DNA from: Faecousia sp.
Lineage (GTDB): Bacteria > Bacillota > Clostridia > Oscillospirales > Oscillospiraceae
NCBI GenBank assembly: GCA_051867015.1
Contig: JBJDYD010000141.1
Coordinates: 9,700-73,699 of the forward strand
Direction: 5' to 3'
Length of the DNA stretch: 64,000 bases
Position numbers and translations under genes: made by a program. Positions within the stretch are counted from its first letter, which is position 1. The number at the start of each line of letters is the position of its first letter. The notes beneath the pieces were generated by a model. It searched no databases, was not told the DNA's origin, and saw only the letters and a list, made by a program, of their open reading frames with translations. This document shows positions 36,964-45,533 of this stretch, piece by piece.

Positions 36964-37003
36964 TTTAAAAAAATCGTCCGATTCCTTTTTCGAATCGGAC
37001 GAT
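36964..37003 (-). terminator. Rho-independent terminator after valS
   Basis: On the minus strand, a 12-bp stem atcgtccgattc / gaatcggacgat is followed by tttttttaa. Confidence 0.8.
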
Positions 37004-37009
37004 CTTTTA

Positions 37010-39649
37010 TCAAATTGCTTTGAGTCTTGCTTCGCTCTCGTTGAGCTGTTTGAGCAGGGCTTCAAATTTCTCCGCCTTTTCGCGCTCGGCATTGACAACG
37101 GTCTCCGGCGCCTTGGCGACAAAGCCCTCGTTATTCAGCTTGCCGCGGATAGCTGCAAGCATTTTCTCGGTCTTCTCCTTCTCCTTTGCGATGCGCGCAA
37201 GCTCCTTTTCCACATCGACGAGCTGATTCATCGGCATATAGAGCGCCGCGTCATGTGTCACGCAGGAGGCCATCGACTCATATCCCTCCGGTTCCGCCGC
37301 GGAGATTCGCACCTCGTCGGCATAGGCCAGACGCGTAATGAAGCCCTCGCCGCCGGCAAACAGCTCCGCCTTTTCCGTGACGATATAGAGCGTACATTTC
37401 TTGGAGGGCGGAACATTCATCTCCGCGCGGCGGTTGCGGACGGCGCGGATGGCATTCATGATGCTCTCCATTGCGTTCTCCTCCGCTTTGAAGCTCAGCT
37501 CCTCACGGGGAACAGGCCAATGGGCAATGATCAGCGCCTCACCCTCGTGGGGGATCGCCTGCCAAATCTCCTCGGTGATAAAGGGCATGAACGGGTGCAT
37601 CAGGCGCAAAATCTGATCCAGCACATACAAAAGCACCTGCTGCGCAACCAGCTTGCTCTCCTCGTCCTCACCGTAAAGGCGCGCCTTTGTCAGCTCGATA
37701 TACCAGTCGCAGTAGCTGTCCCAAATGAAATCATAGACCTTCTGCACGGCAATGCCCAGCTCATATTTATCCAAATTCTCCGTCACATCGGCAATCAGGG
37801 TATTGAGCTTCGAGAGAATCCATTTATCTGCCGTCTCCAGCTTAGAGAGGTCGGGCAGCTCGTTCTTCTCAACGGACAGGTTCATCAGCACATAGCGGCT
37901 GGCGTTCCAGAGCTTGTTGGCAAAATTGCGCATAGCCTCGCAGCGCTCCACATAGAAGCGCATATCGTTGCCGGGGGAGTTTGCGGTGATCATATTCATG
38001 CGCAGGGCATCCGAGCCGAAGCGGTCGATCATCTCAAGCGGGTCGATGCCGTTGCCGAGGGACTTGGACATTTTTCTGCCCTTGTCGTCACGCACCAGTC
38101 CGTGAATGAGGACGGTGTGGAAGGGCGGCTTGCCCGTCTGCTTGCAGGCGGAGAAGATCATTCTCGCAACCCAGAAGAAGATGATATCGTAGCCCGTGAC
38201 GAGCACATCGGTGGGATAGAAGTATTTGAAGTCCTCCGCCTCCGTGTCTGGCCAACCGAGCGTTTCGAAAGGCCACAGCGCAGAGGAGAACCATGTGTCA
38301 AGCACATCCTCATCGCGGGTGATATTCTTGCTGCCGCACTTCTCGCAGCAGACGGCATCCTCACGCGAAACGGTGATATGACCGCAGTCGGCGCAGTACC
38401 ACGCGGGAATTTGATGTCCCCACCAGAGCTGACGGGAGATGCACCAGTCGCGCACATTCTCCATCCAGTTGGTATAGGTCTTGGTGAAGCGTTCAGGAAC
38501 GAACTTCGTCTCGCCCTCGTTGACAACGCGCAGTGCTTCCTCCGCCAGCGGCTTCATCTTGACAAACCACTGCGCGGAGATGATCGGCTCAACATCGCGG
38601 TGGCAGCGGTAGCAGGTGCCGACATTGTGGCTGTACGGCTCGACCTTGACGAGATAGCCCTGCGCCTCCAAATCCGCGACGATCTGCTTTCTCGCCTCAT
38701 AGCGGTCAAGCCCTTGATATTTGCCGCCGAACTCATTGACAACGCCGTTGTCGTCAAGGACACGAATGACCTCTAAGTTGTGGCGCAGACCGACCTCGAA
38801 GTCGTTCGGATCGTGCGCAGGCGTCATCTTCACGCAGCCCGTGCCGAAGTCCATCTCGGCATAATCGTCCGCAACCACGGGAATTTCCTTATTCACCAGC
38901 GGAAGGATGACCTTCTTGCCGACGATATCCTTATAACGCTCGTCGTTCGGGTTGACGCAAACGCCGCTGTCGCCCAGCATTGTCTCCGGTCGGGTCGTCG
39001 CGACAATGACCTCGCCGCTGCCGTCAGCCAACGGATAGCGGATATGCCAAAGGCTGCCGGGCTTATCGACATACTCGACCTCCGCGTCGGACAGGGCGGT
39101 CACGCAGTGGGGGCACCAGTTGATGATGCGGCTGCCCTTATAAATCAGACCCTGCTCATAGAGGCTGACAAAAACCTCACGCACCGCCTTGGAGCAGCCC
39201 TCGTCCATCGTGAAGCGGGCACGCTCCCAATCGCACGACGCGCCGAGCTTTTTCTGCTGCTCAACGATACGGTTGCCGTACTGGCGCTTCCAATCCCACA
39301 CACGCTCCAAGAATTTTTCTCTGCCGAGATCGTAGCGCGTCAAGCCCTCCTTGCGCAGCTCCTCCTCCACGCGAATCTGTGTGGCAATGCCGGCATGGTC
39401 GACACCGGGAACCCAGAGCGCGGCATAGCCCTGCATCCGCTTAAAGCGGATCAAGACATCCTGCATGGCGGCGTCCATGGCGTGCCCCATATGGAGCTGT
39501 CCCGTGACATTGGGAGGCGGCATGACAATCGTGAAGGGCTTTTTCTTCGGGTCGCGTTCCGCATGGAAATAGCCGTTTTCCGACCAGAAGCGGTAGAGGC
39601 GTTCCTCCACATCCTTCGGATCGTAGGTCTTCGGTAATTCTCTTGCCAT
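37010..39649 (-). CDS. valS: Valine--tRNA ligase
   Basis: It has [13 protein letters not shown] (HIGH), KMSKS and a C-terminal coiled coil. The start was re-picked to ATG 39649 ([15 protein letters not shown]). Confidence 0.95.
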   Translation of the reverse strand: MARELPKTYDPKDVEERLYRFWSENGYFHAERDPKKKPFTIVMPPPNVTGQLHMGHAMDAAMQDVLIRFKRMQGYAALWVPGVDHAGIATQIRVEEELRKEGLTRYDLGREKFLERVWDWKRQYGNRIVEQQKKLGASCDWERARFTMDEGCSKAVREVFVSLYEQGLIYKGSRIINWCPHCVTALSDAEVEYVDKPGSLWHIRYPLADGSGEVIVATTRPETMLGDSGVCVNPNDERYKDIVGKKVILPLVNKEIPVVADDYAEMDFGTGCVKMTPAHDPNDFEVGLRHNLEVIRVLDDNGVVNEFGGKYQGLDRYEARKQIVADLEAQGYLVKVEPYSHNVGTCYRCHRDVEPIISAQWFVKMKPLAEEALRVVNEGETKFVPERFTKTYTNWMENVRDWCISRQLWWGHQIPAWYCADCGHITVSREDAVCCEKCGSKNITRDEDVLDTWFSSALWPFETLGWPDTEAEDFKYFYPTDVLVTGYDIIFFWVARMIFSACKQTGKPPFHTVLIHGLVRDDKGRKMSKSLGNGIDPLEMIDRFGSDALRMNMITANSPGNDMRFYVERCEAMRNFANKLWNASRYVLMNLSVEKNELPDLSKLETADKWILSKLNTLIADVTENLDKYELGIAVQKVYDFIWDSYCDWYIELTKARLYGEDEESKLVAQQVLLYVLDQILRLMHPFMPFITEEIWQAIPHEGEALIIAHWPVPREELSFKAEENAMESIMNAIRAVRNRRAEMNVPPSKKCTLYIVTEKAELFAGGEGFITRLAYADEVRISAAEPEGYESMASCVTHDAALYMPMNQLVDVEKELARIAKEKEKTEKMLAAIRGKLNNEGFVAKAPETVVNAEREKAEKFEALLKQLNESEARLKAI

Positions 39650-39675
39650 ATTGTTTCTCCTTTTCGGTAAGATTC

Positions 39676-39915
39676 CATTAAAAACGCCCTGAACAAAACG
39701 TTCAGGGCGAAGAATATCCGCGGTACCACCTGAATTCCCGCAAAGGCGGGCACTCAAACTCTGTAACGGGAGAACCCGTGCGAGCTTACTGCGCATTCAG
39801 CCCGCCCACTCGGGAGCGACCTTCATCCATCCTCCGCAGGAACTTGCACCAACCGTTCCCTCTCTGACTGCGGCGGGAAGAACTACTCCTCTCCGTCAAG
39901 GTGTTTTTCAATCTT
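39676..39915 (-). promoter_or_regulatory. T-box riboswitch leader (Val specifier GUC) of valS
   Basis: On the minus strand, the T-box sequence aattcaGGTGGTACCGCGg is followed by the terminator cgccctgaac-gtttt-gttcagggcg-ttttt. Upstream there are AGAGA and GGTGCAA stem-I elements and a putative specifier loop ggatgaagGTCgctcc. Confidence 0.85.
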
Positions 39916-39919
39916 CATC

Positions 39920-39948
39920 ATAGTACCGAACTGTGCGCAAAATGTCAA
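39920..39948 (-). promoter_or_regulatory. Candidate promoter of the valS T-box leader
   Basis: On the minus strand: TTGACA (39948-39943), 17-nt spacer, TACTAT (39925-39920). It overlaps the stop region of the upstream pgm gene. Confidence 0.5.
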
Positions 39949-41651
39949 GCGTTTTCCGGCAAAAATTCGCACATTCTCTCGGAAAGTGCCTGCAAGAACG
40001 CCAGCGCCGTCTTCTTCTCGCGGTCAACGGCAGTCAAATAGAGCTTCACCTTCGGCTCCGTGCCGGAGGGGCGGACAATCACACTGCCCTTGTCGCCTAA
40101 CTCCAGCGTGACAACATTTGACTTTGGCAGCAGAACCGGCGTTTCCGTTCCCTTTGCCAAATCCCGGCAGATACGAGTCTGATAATCGGTCACCTTCGTG
40201 ACCGCCGCGCCGCAAAGCTCCGTCGGCACGTTGGCGCGGAAGTCTGCCATAAACTTTGCGGAAAGCTCCATTGCGTTCGGTCCCTTCAGCTCAAAGCTGA
40301 TGACCTTCGCCTCATGATAGCCAAGCTCCGCATAGAGGGCGTCCATCTTTTCCGCTAAATTCATCCCCTCCCGCTTCAGCTTCGCGGCAAGGTCGCAGGT
40401 CAGCATGGAGGCAACGACAGCATCCTTATCTCTGGCATAGGTACCCTTGAGGTAGCCGCAGCTCTCCTCAAAGCCGAAGACAAAGCGCTTCTCTTCGCCC
40501 TTTTCCTCGAGCGCAAGAATCTCGCCGCCGATGTACTTAAAGCCCGTCAGGACGGCTTTCATATTCACGCCGTATTTTGCGGCAACCTTATCGGCAAGCG
40601 GGGTCGAGACAATGCTTCGCACGGCAACAGGCGCAGACGGCAGCGTGCCGTTTTTCGACATCTGATCGAGAATGTAATCCAAGAGCAGGCAGCCCAGCTC
40701 GTTGCCGGTCAGCTTGCGGAAGCCGCCCTCCACAGGCACGGCAACCGCCACACGGTCACAGTCGGGGTCGGTGCCGAGGATGAGGTCGGGGTGTGTCTCG
40801 CGGGCAATCTTATAGCTTTCATTCAGCGCGGCGTCCGTCTCGGGGTTGGGATATTCGCAGGTCTTGAAATCGCCGTCGGGCTGCTCCTGCACCTTGACGA
40901 CATCGACCTTCACGCCGATTCTGCCCAGCACCTCGCGCACCGGCTTATTGCCCGTGCCGCAAAGCGGGGTATAGAGCAGGCGCAGCTCGCTTGCGGGCAG
41001 AGCAGTCACGCGCTCGGCAAGGACGGTCTGATAGTATTCCTCCCACACTTCCGGCGCAATGTACTCCACCTCGCCGGTTTCCATGCTCTCGGCAAAGGTC
41101 TGTTTTGCGGGAACAAAATAGTCAATCGCGGAGATTTCACGGAATACGACGGCAGCAGGCTCATCGGTCATTTGACAGCCGTCGGGACCATAGCACTTAA
41201 TGCCGTTGTAGGCACCCGCGTTATGACTCGCGGAGACAACAATGCCGCAGCCGCAGCCCAAACGGCGGACGGCAAAGGAAAGCATCGGCGTCGGGGCAAG
41301 CTCATGGTAGACATAGACATGCACGCCGCGCTCTGCAAGCGCAACGGCACAGATCTCAGCATAGCGGCGGGAATTATGGCGGGAGTCATAGCCGATTGCG
41401 CATTTCTGCGGCAGCTCCGTTGTGCAGAGCCAAGCCGCCAAGCCCTGCGCGGTGCGGCGGACGGTGTAATCATTGAGGCGGTTCGTACCAAGCCCCATAA
41501 TACCGCGAATGCCTGCCGTTCCGAATTGCAGTTCAGCGCCGAAAGCGCCCTTCAGCGCATCGGTATTTGCCTCCATGTCGCGAAGTTCTTTCCCTTCCTG
41601 CTCAGTCAGCGGTGCGGCGCACCATGCTTGATAACGTTCCGAAAAATCCAT
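39945..41651 (-). CDS. Phospho-sugar mutase (phosphoglucomutase/phosphomannomutase family)
   Basis: 568 aa. It has the active-site loop SASHNAGAYNGIK, the metal loop GTDPDCDR and the sugar loop GFEESCG. Confidence 0.9.
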   Translation of the reverse strand: MDFSERYQAWCAAPLTEQEGKELRDMEANTDALKGAFGAELQFGTAGIRGIMGLGTNRLNDYTVRRTAQGLAAWLCTTELPQKCAIGYDSRHNSRRYAEICAVALAERGVHVYVYHELAPTPMLSFAVRRLGCGCGIVVSASHNAGAYNGIKCYGPDGCQMTDEPAAVVFREISAIDYFVPAKQTFAESMETGEVEYIAPEVWEEYYQTVLAERVTALPASELRLLYTPLCGTGNKPVREVLGRIGVKVDVVKVQEQPDGDFKTCEYPNPETDAALNESYKIARETHPDLILGTDPDCDRVAVAVPVEGGFRKLTGNELGCLLLDYILDQMSKNGTLPSAPVAVRSIVSTPLADKVAAKYGVNMKAVLTGFKYIGGEILALEEKGEEKRFVFGFEESCGYLKGTYARDKDAVVASMLTCDLAAKLKREGMNLAEKMDALYAELGYHEAKVISFELKGPNAMELSAKFMADFRANVPTELCGAAVTKVTDYQTRICRDLAKGTETPVLLPKSNVVTLELGDKGSVIVRPSGTEPKVKLYLTAVDREKKTALAFLQALSERMCEFLPENA

Positions 41652-41671
41652 AAATTACCTCCGTTTTCCGT

Positions 41672-41708
41672 TTTTTAAAAAACAGCCCAATTGATCCCAT
41701 TGAGCTGT
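41672..41708 (-). terminator. Terminator after the coiled-coil gene
   Basis: On the minus strand, the stem cagctcaat / attgggctg (one G-U pair) is followed by tttttt. Confidence 0.55.
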
Positions 41709-41716
41709 TTTATAAA

Positions 41717-42217
41717 TTACACATCTTCAATAATTGCGGAATTGGTTCTGGACTGCGGATTGACGAGGGCGCGGAATTTCGAACGAGAATCACGGATCTC
41801 GGCAAGCGCCTGTGCGACGGCCTCCTCGGTCGTGCGCAGGGAATCGTCCACATAGTCGTTCGTCACCTGCTTCAGTTCCTTGATCTTTTCCTGCGCGGCA
41901 CGAACCATTTCGTTGGCCTGATCCTTTGCCTCAAGATAAATTGCCTCCTGCGAGACGAGCTGCTTGGCCTGCGCCTGGGCAGCCTTGAGGATATTCTCCG
42001 CCTCACGCTTCGCACTGGTAATCAACTCGTTGCGAGACTCAACAATCGTCTTTGCCTGCTTCATTTCGCCGGGCAGCTTATTGCTGATCTCATCGAGAAG
42101 ATCCAGCGCACGCTCTCGTTCGATCGAGCATTTATCTCCGCTGAACGGTACGCTTCTTGCGTCCTGTACCATTTCATAAAGTGTGCCGATCAGTTCTTCA
42201 ATACTGTGTTCGTTCAT
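41717..42217 (-). CDS. Coiled-coil protein, ATPase subunit b/H-like (hypothetical)
   Basis: 166 aa with long helical Ala/Gln/Glu/Lys-rich segments (AKREAENILKAAQAQAKQLV). It lies downstream of coaD and its start overlaps the coaD stop. Confidence 0.55.
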   Translation of the reverse strand: MNEHSIEELIGTLYEMVQDARSVPFSGDKCSIERERALDLLDEISNKLPGEMKQAKTIVESRNELITSAKREAENILKAAQAQAKQLVSQEAIYLEAKDQANEMVRAAQEKIKELKQVTNDYVDDSLRTTEEAVAQALAEIRDSRSKFRALVNPQSRTNSAIIEDV

Positions 42218-42720
42218 CGTGTTGCCTCCTTATGATTTCTGATGTCTCTGATTCTGTCTTCAAACTCCGCCAATATCTCCGGCGGAAGAAAGTCGCTGAC
42301 ATCCGCACCGTAAAAACCCATTTCCTTCACTGCGCTGGAGCTGAGATACATATATTGATGCTCAGCGGTAAGAAAGAGGGATTCCAATTCAGGATTCAGC
42401 TTACGGTTGATCATTGCCATTTGGAATTCTTTTTCGAAATCGGAGCCTGCGCGCAGACCCTTGATGATCGTACAGCAGCGCTGCCTTTTTGCGTACTCGG
42501 CAAGCAGACCGTCGTGCGCGTCAACCTTGACATTCGGCAAATGCGCCGTAACACGCGTCAGCAGGCGCTTGCGCTCCTCTAATTGAAACATCGGCTTCTT
42601 CTCGCAATTCACCATGACGCAGACAATTACCTCGTCGAACAGACGAGACGCGCGTTCGATGATATTGAGGTGCCCGTTCGTCACGGGATCGAAGCTGCCG
42701 GGGTAGACAGCTATTTTCAT
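42214..42720 (-). CDS. coaD: Phosphopantetheine adenylyltransferase
   Basis: MKIAVYPGSFDPVTNGHLNIIERA carries the T/HxGH-type motif and is typical CoaD. Confidence 0.95.
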   Translation of the reverse strand: MKIAVYPGSFDPVTNGHLNIIERASRLFDEVIVCVMVNCEKKPMFQLEERKRLLTRVTAHLPNVKVDAHDGLLAEYAKRQRCCTIIKGLRAGSDFEKEFQMAMINRKLNPELESLFLTAEHQYMYLSSSAVKEMGFYGADVSDFLPPEILAEFEDRIRDIRNHKEATR

Positions 42721-43268
42721 AAATCTTCCTTTGTGCGGCGAAACAGCGTGATGACGGTTTTGCCGTAAATATAGTCCTTTGAGCGTTCCAAGCCCACGAA
42801 CCGCTCCTCAAGCAGCTTGCCGAGAGGACGCTCCGTAATAATTATACCACCTTCCGCCAAAATGTCAATTTCCGAGATGCGTTTTATTGCATTTTCCAGA
42901 TATTTTTCTGCGTAGGGCGGGTCTAAAAAGATCAGTCGGAAGGATTTTTTACAGCGGGACAGGTAGGTCAGGTAGTCGCCCCGAATGATTTCGGCTCTAT
43001 CCTCCAAATGTGTGCGCCGCAAATTCTCCCGAATGACCGCAACGGCATCGGCGCGCTCGTCCACAAAGACCGCGTGCCGCGCGCCTCGGCTGAGTGCCTC
43101 GATGCCAAGCTGACCGGAGCCGGCAAACAGGTCGAGAACATCCCCGGCAATCTCGTATTGTATGATGTTAAACAGCGCCTGCTTTACCTTATCCGCAGTG
43201 GGTCTTGTCAAAAGTCCGTCGGGCGCTTTCAAATTTGTTCCTCGCGCGGTTCCTGTAATCACTCGCAT
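42717..43268 (-). CDS. rsmD: 16S rRNA (guanine966-N2)-methyltransferase
   Basis: RVITGTARG..L......TRPT.DKVK.ALFNI, DLFAGSGQLGIEALSRGA and DPPY motifs are present. Confidence 0.9.
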   Translation of the reverse strand: MRVITGTARGTNLKAPDGLLTRPTADKVKQALFNIIQYEIAGDVLDLFAGSGQLGIEALSRGARHAVFVDERADAVAVIRENLRRTHLEDRAEIIRGDYLTYLSRCKKSFRLIFLDPPYAEKYLENAIKRISEIDILAEGGIIITERPLGKLLEERFVGLERSKDYIYGKTVITLFRRTKEDL

Positions 43269-43271
43269 GTT

Positions 43272-45092
43272 TCATTGCTCCTGTGCGTGAAAATATGCAT
43301 AGACCGCTTGCGCAGTCGACGCGGGCACCACCTTGCGCAGCTCCTCCTCCGAGGCGCTGCGAATGGCGGAAACGGACTTGAAATGCTTGAGCAGCGCAAG
43401 ACGGCGCTTCTCTCCTACGCCTTTAATCTCATCCAAGGCAGAGCCGCGGACACGTCTACTTCTCAGGTTTCTATGGTATGTGATCGCAAAGCGGTGCGTC
43501 TCCTCCTGAATTCTCCCGATCAGCGCAAACACGGCGGGTGTCGCCTGAATGCCGATCTCCGCGCCGTCCGGCGTTACCAAGGCACGCGTGCGGTGGCGGT
43601 TATCCTTCACCATGCCGAAAATCGGAATCTCAATGCCCATTGTCAAAAGTGCCTCCCGAACGGTCTGCGCATGGACGCTTCCCCCGTCAATGAGCAATGC
43701 GTCAGGGCGCTCTTCAAACCCTATATCGCCGTCAAGATAGTGGCAAAAGCGGCGGCAAAGCACCTGCCGCATGGAGGCGTAGTCATCCTGATCCGCTAAA
43801 TTCTCAACCTTAAAACGCTTATAATCGCTTTTTTTCGGTTTTCCGTCCACGAAAACCGTCATGGAAGCGACAATGTCCGTCCCGGCAATATTGGAAATAT
43901 CGTATGCCTCCAGCCGCGTCGGATAGGTCGGCAGGCGCAGCATTGTCTCCAAAAGCTTTAACGTACCGTTCAGCCGTTCGGAGGCGGTCGTCGCACGCTC
44001 TGCCTCCTCCCTTGCGTTCTGATTCGCAAGGGCGACCAGCTTTAGATTATCTCCCCTTTGCGGCACAATAAACCGGACTGTTTTTTCCAGCTGCTCCAGC
44101 AGGAGCTGGGCAAAGGGCGCGGCATCCTCCATGGCAAAGGGAAGCAGGACACGCTTGGGTGCTGCTTTGCGGGAAAGATAGTATTGCTTGACGACAGCGG
44201 ACAGCGCCTCCTGCTCGTCCTCCGGGCGGGTAAGCACCTCATAGTCCTTATCCATCAGATTCCCGCCGATATAATGCAGCACCGCAAAACACGCCTTTGC
44301 CTCGGTCTGATACCACCCGATCACATCGGTATCCGCCATCGTCCCCGCCGTGACGAGCTGACGCTGTCCGAGCGATTCGATGGCACGGAGACGGTCGCGG
44401 AGCTGTGCGGCTTGCTCAAACGCCATGCGCTCCGCCGCCTCCTCCATCTCCTCACGCAGGCGGTCACACAGCGGCTTATGCTTGCCGGACAGCAGCAGCG
44501 CCGCCTGCTGCATCAGGGTGCGGTATTCCTCCTGCGTTTTCTCCGCCCTGCACCAGCCCTCGCAGCGCTGCATCTGATAATTCAGGCAGGGACGTTCCTT
44601 GCCGATATCGCGGGGGAATTTTTTGTTGCAGTTCGGCAGCTTAAAAACCGTTCGGATCGTGTCGATCACCTGCTGTGATCTGCCCCGGCTGCCGTAAGGT
44701 CCGAAATACTGCGCGCCGTCGTCCGCAACTCTGCCCGCAAGCGTGATCTTCGGGTAAGTCTCCCGCAGATCCAAACGCAGATAGGGATAGCCCTTGTCAT
44801 CCTTTAGCAGGATATTATATTTCGGCATATAGTGCTTGATGAGCGAGCATTCCAGCACCAGCGCCTCAAATTCCGAAGCGGCGCGGATCGTCTCAAAATG
44901 ATCCACCGACGCAACCATCCGCCGCGTCTTGAGTGTGTGTGAAGCGGTGTCCTGAAAATACTGAGAAACACGGTTTTTCAGTTTTTTCGCCTTGCCGACA
45001 TAGATCACGGTATCCGAGGCATCCTTCATCAGATATACCCCCGGCTCATAGGGCAGCGAGAGCGCCGCCAGCTTCAGCTCCTCACGGGTCAT
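43272..45092 (-). CDS. uvrC: Excinuclease ABC subunit C
   Basis: GIY-YIG N-terminus (GVYLMKD...IYVGKA), a UVR domain and a C-terminal HhH2 (IKGVGEKRRLALLKHF) are present. Confidence 0.95.
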   Translation of the reverse strand: MTREELKLAALSLPYEPGVYLMKDASDTVIYVGKAKKLKNRVSQYFQDTASHTLKTRRMVASVDHFETIRAASEFEALVLECSLIKHYMPKYNILLKDDKGYPYLRLDLRETYPKITLAGRVADDGAQYFGPYGSRGRSQQVIDTIRTVFKLPNCNKKFPRDIGKERPCLNYQMQRCEGWCRAEKTQEEYRTLMQQAALLLSGKHKPLCDRLREEMEEAAERMAFEQAAQLRDRLRAIESLGQRQLVTAGTMADTDVIGWYQTEAKACFAVLHYIGGNLMDKDYEVLTRPEDEQEALSAVVKQYYLSRKAAPKRVLLPFAMEDAAPFAQLLLEQLEKTVRFIVPQRGDNLKLVALANQNAREEAERATTASERLNGTLKLLETMLRLPTYPTRLEAYDISNIAGTDIVASMTVFVDGKPKKSDYKRFKVENLADQDDYASMRQVLCRRFCHYLDGDIGFEERPDALLIDGGSVHAQTVREALLTMGIEIPIFGMVKDNRHRTRALVTPDGAEIGIQATPAVFALIGRIQEETHRFAITYHRNLRSRRVRGSALDEIKGVGEKRRLALLKHFKSVSAIRSASEEELRKVVPASTAQAVYAYFHAQEQ

Positions 45093-45178
45093 CTCGCCCC
45101 CTCCTTTCTCGCGTAAACAGACCCGATAGACAACGCTGTCCCAAACGCGGCGGCGCTTGGGACAGCGTTTAGAGTCTG

Positions 45179-45448
45179 TTAGATAATATCCTTAACCAGC
45201 ATTGCGGAAAGCTCCTTCACGGCAGCTTCCTCGTCGGGGCCTTCGGCAATGATCGAAATTTCAGTCCCTGCGGTGATTCCCATCGAAAGAACGCCCAAGA
45301 GGCTCTTTGCATTGATCTTTCGTTCCTCCGCCTCGATCCAGATGCTGGAACGGAACTCGTTGGCCTTTTGAATAAAATAAGTTACCTGCTTGTTATGAAG
45401 TCCGGACTCGCATTTCACGACGGATTTCTCTGTGTACATGTATGTCAC
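45179..45448 (-). CDS. HPr-family phosphocarrier-like protein (atypical His loop)
   Basis: It has ESGLH(18)NKQV in place of GxHARPA, and KINAKS(49)LLGVLSMG as the Ser46-type motif. The His-Ser spacing is the same as in HPr. Confidence 0.75.
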   Translation of the reverse strand: MTYMYTEKSVVKCESGLHNKQVTYFIQKANEFRSSIWIEAEERKINAKSLLGVLSMGITAGTEISIIAEGPDEEAAVKELSAMLVKDII

Positions 45449-45488
45449 TCCTTAAAATCTCGAACACAGTCGAGAGATGCTATTAGAT

Positions 45489-45517
45489 AATATACGCAAT
45501 TTCCTGCAGTTTGTCAA
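45489..45517 (-). promoter_or_regulatory. Candidate sigma-A promoter of the HPr-like gene
   Basis: On the minus strand: TTGACA (45517-45512), 17-nt spacer, TATATT (45494-45489). Confidence 0.5.
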
Positions 45518-45533
45518 CAGCTTTCGCAAGTTT

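Noticed and set aside
36941-38776. 611-aa ORF on the plus strand
   Set aside because: It is entirely antisense to valS, whose homology is unambiguous. The translation is Arg/Leu/Ala/Gly-rich low-complexity, typical of antisense frames in GC-rich coding DNA, and it has no RBS.
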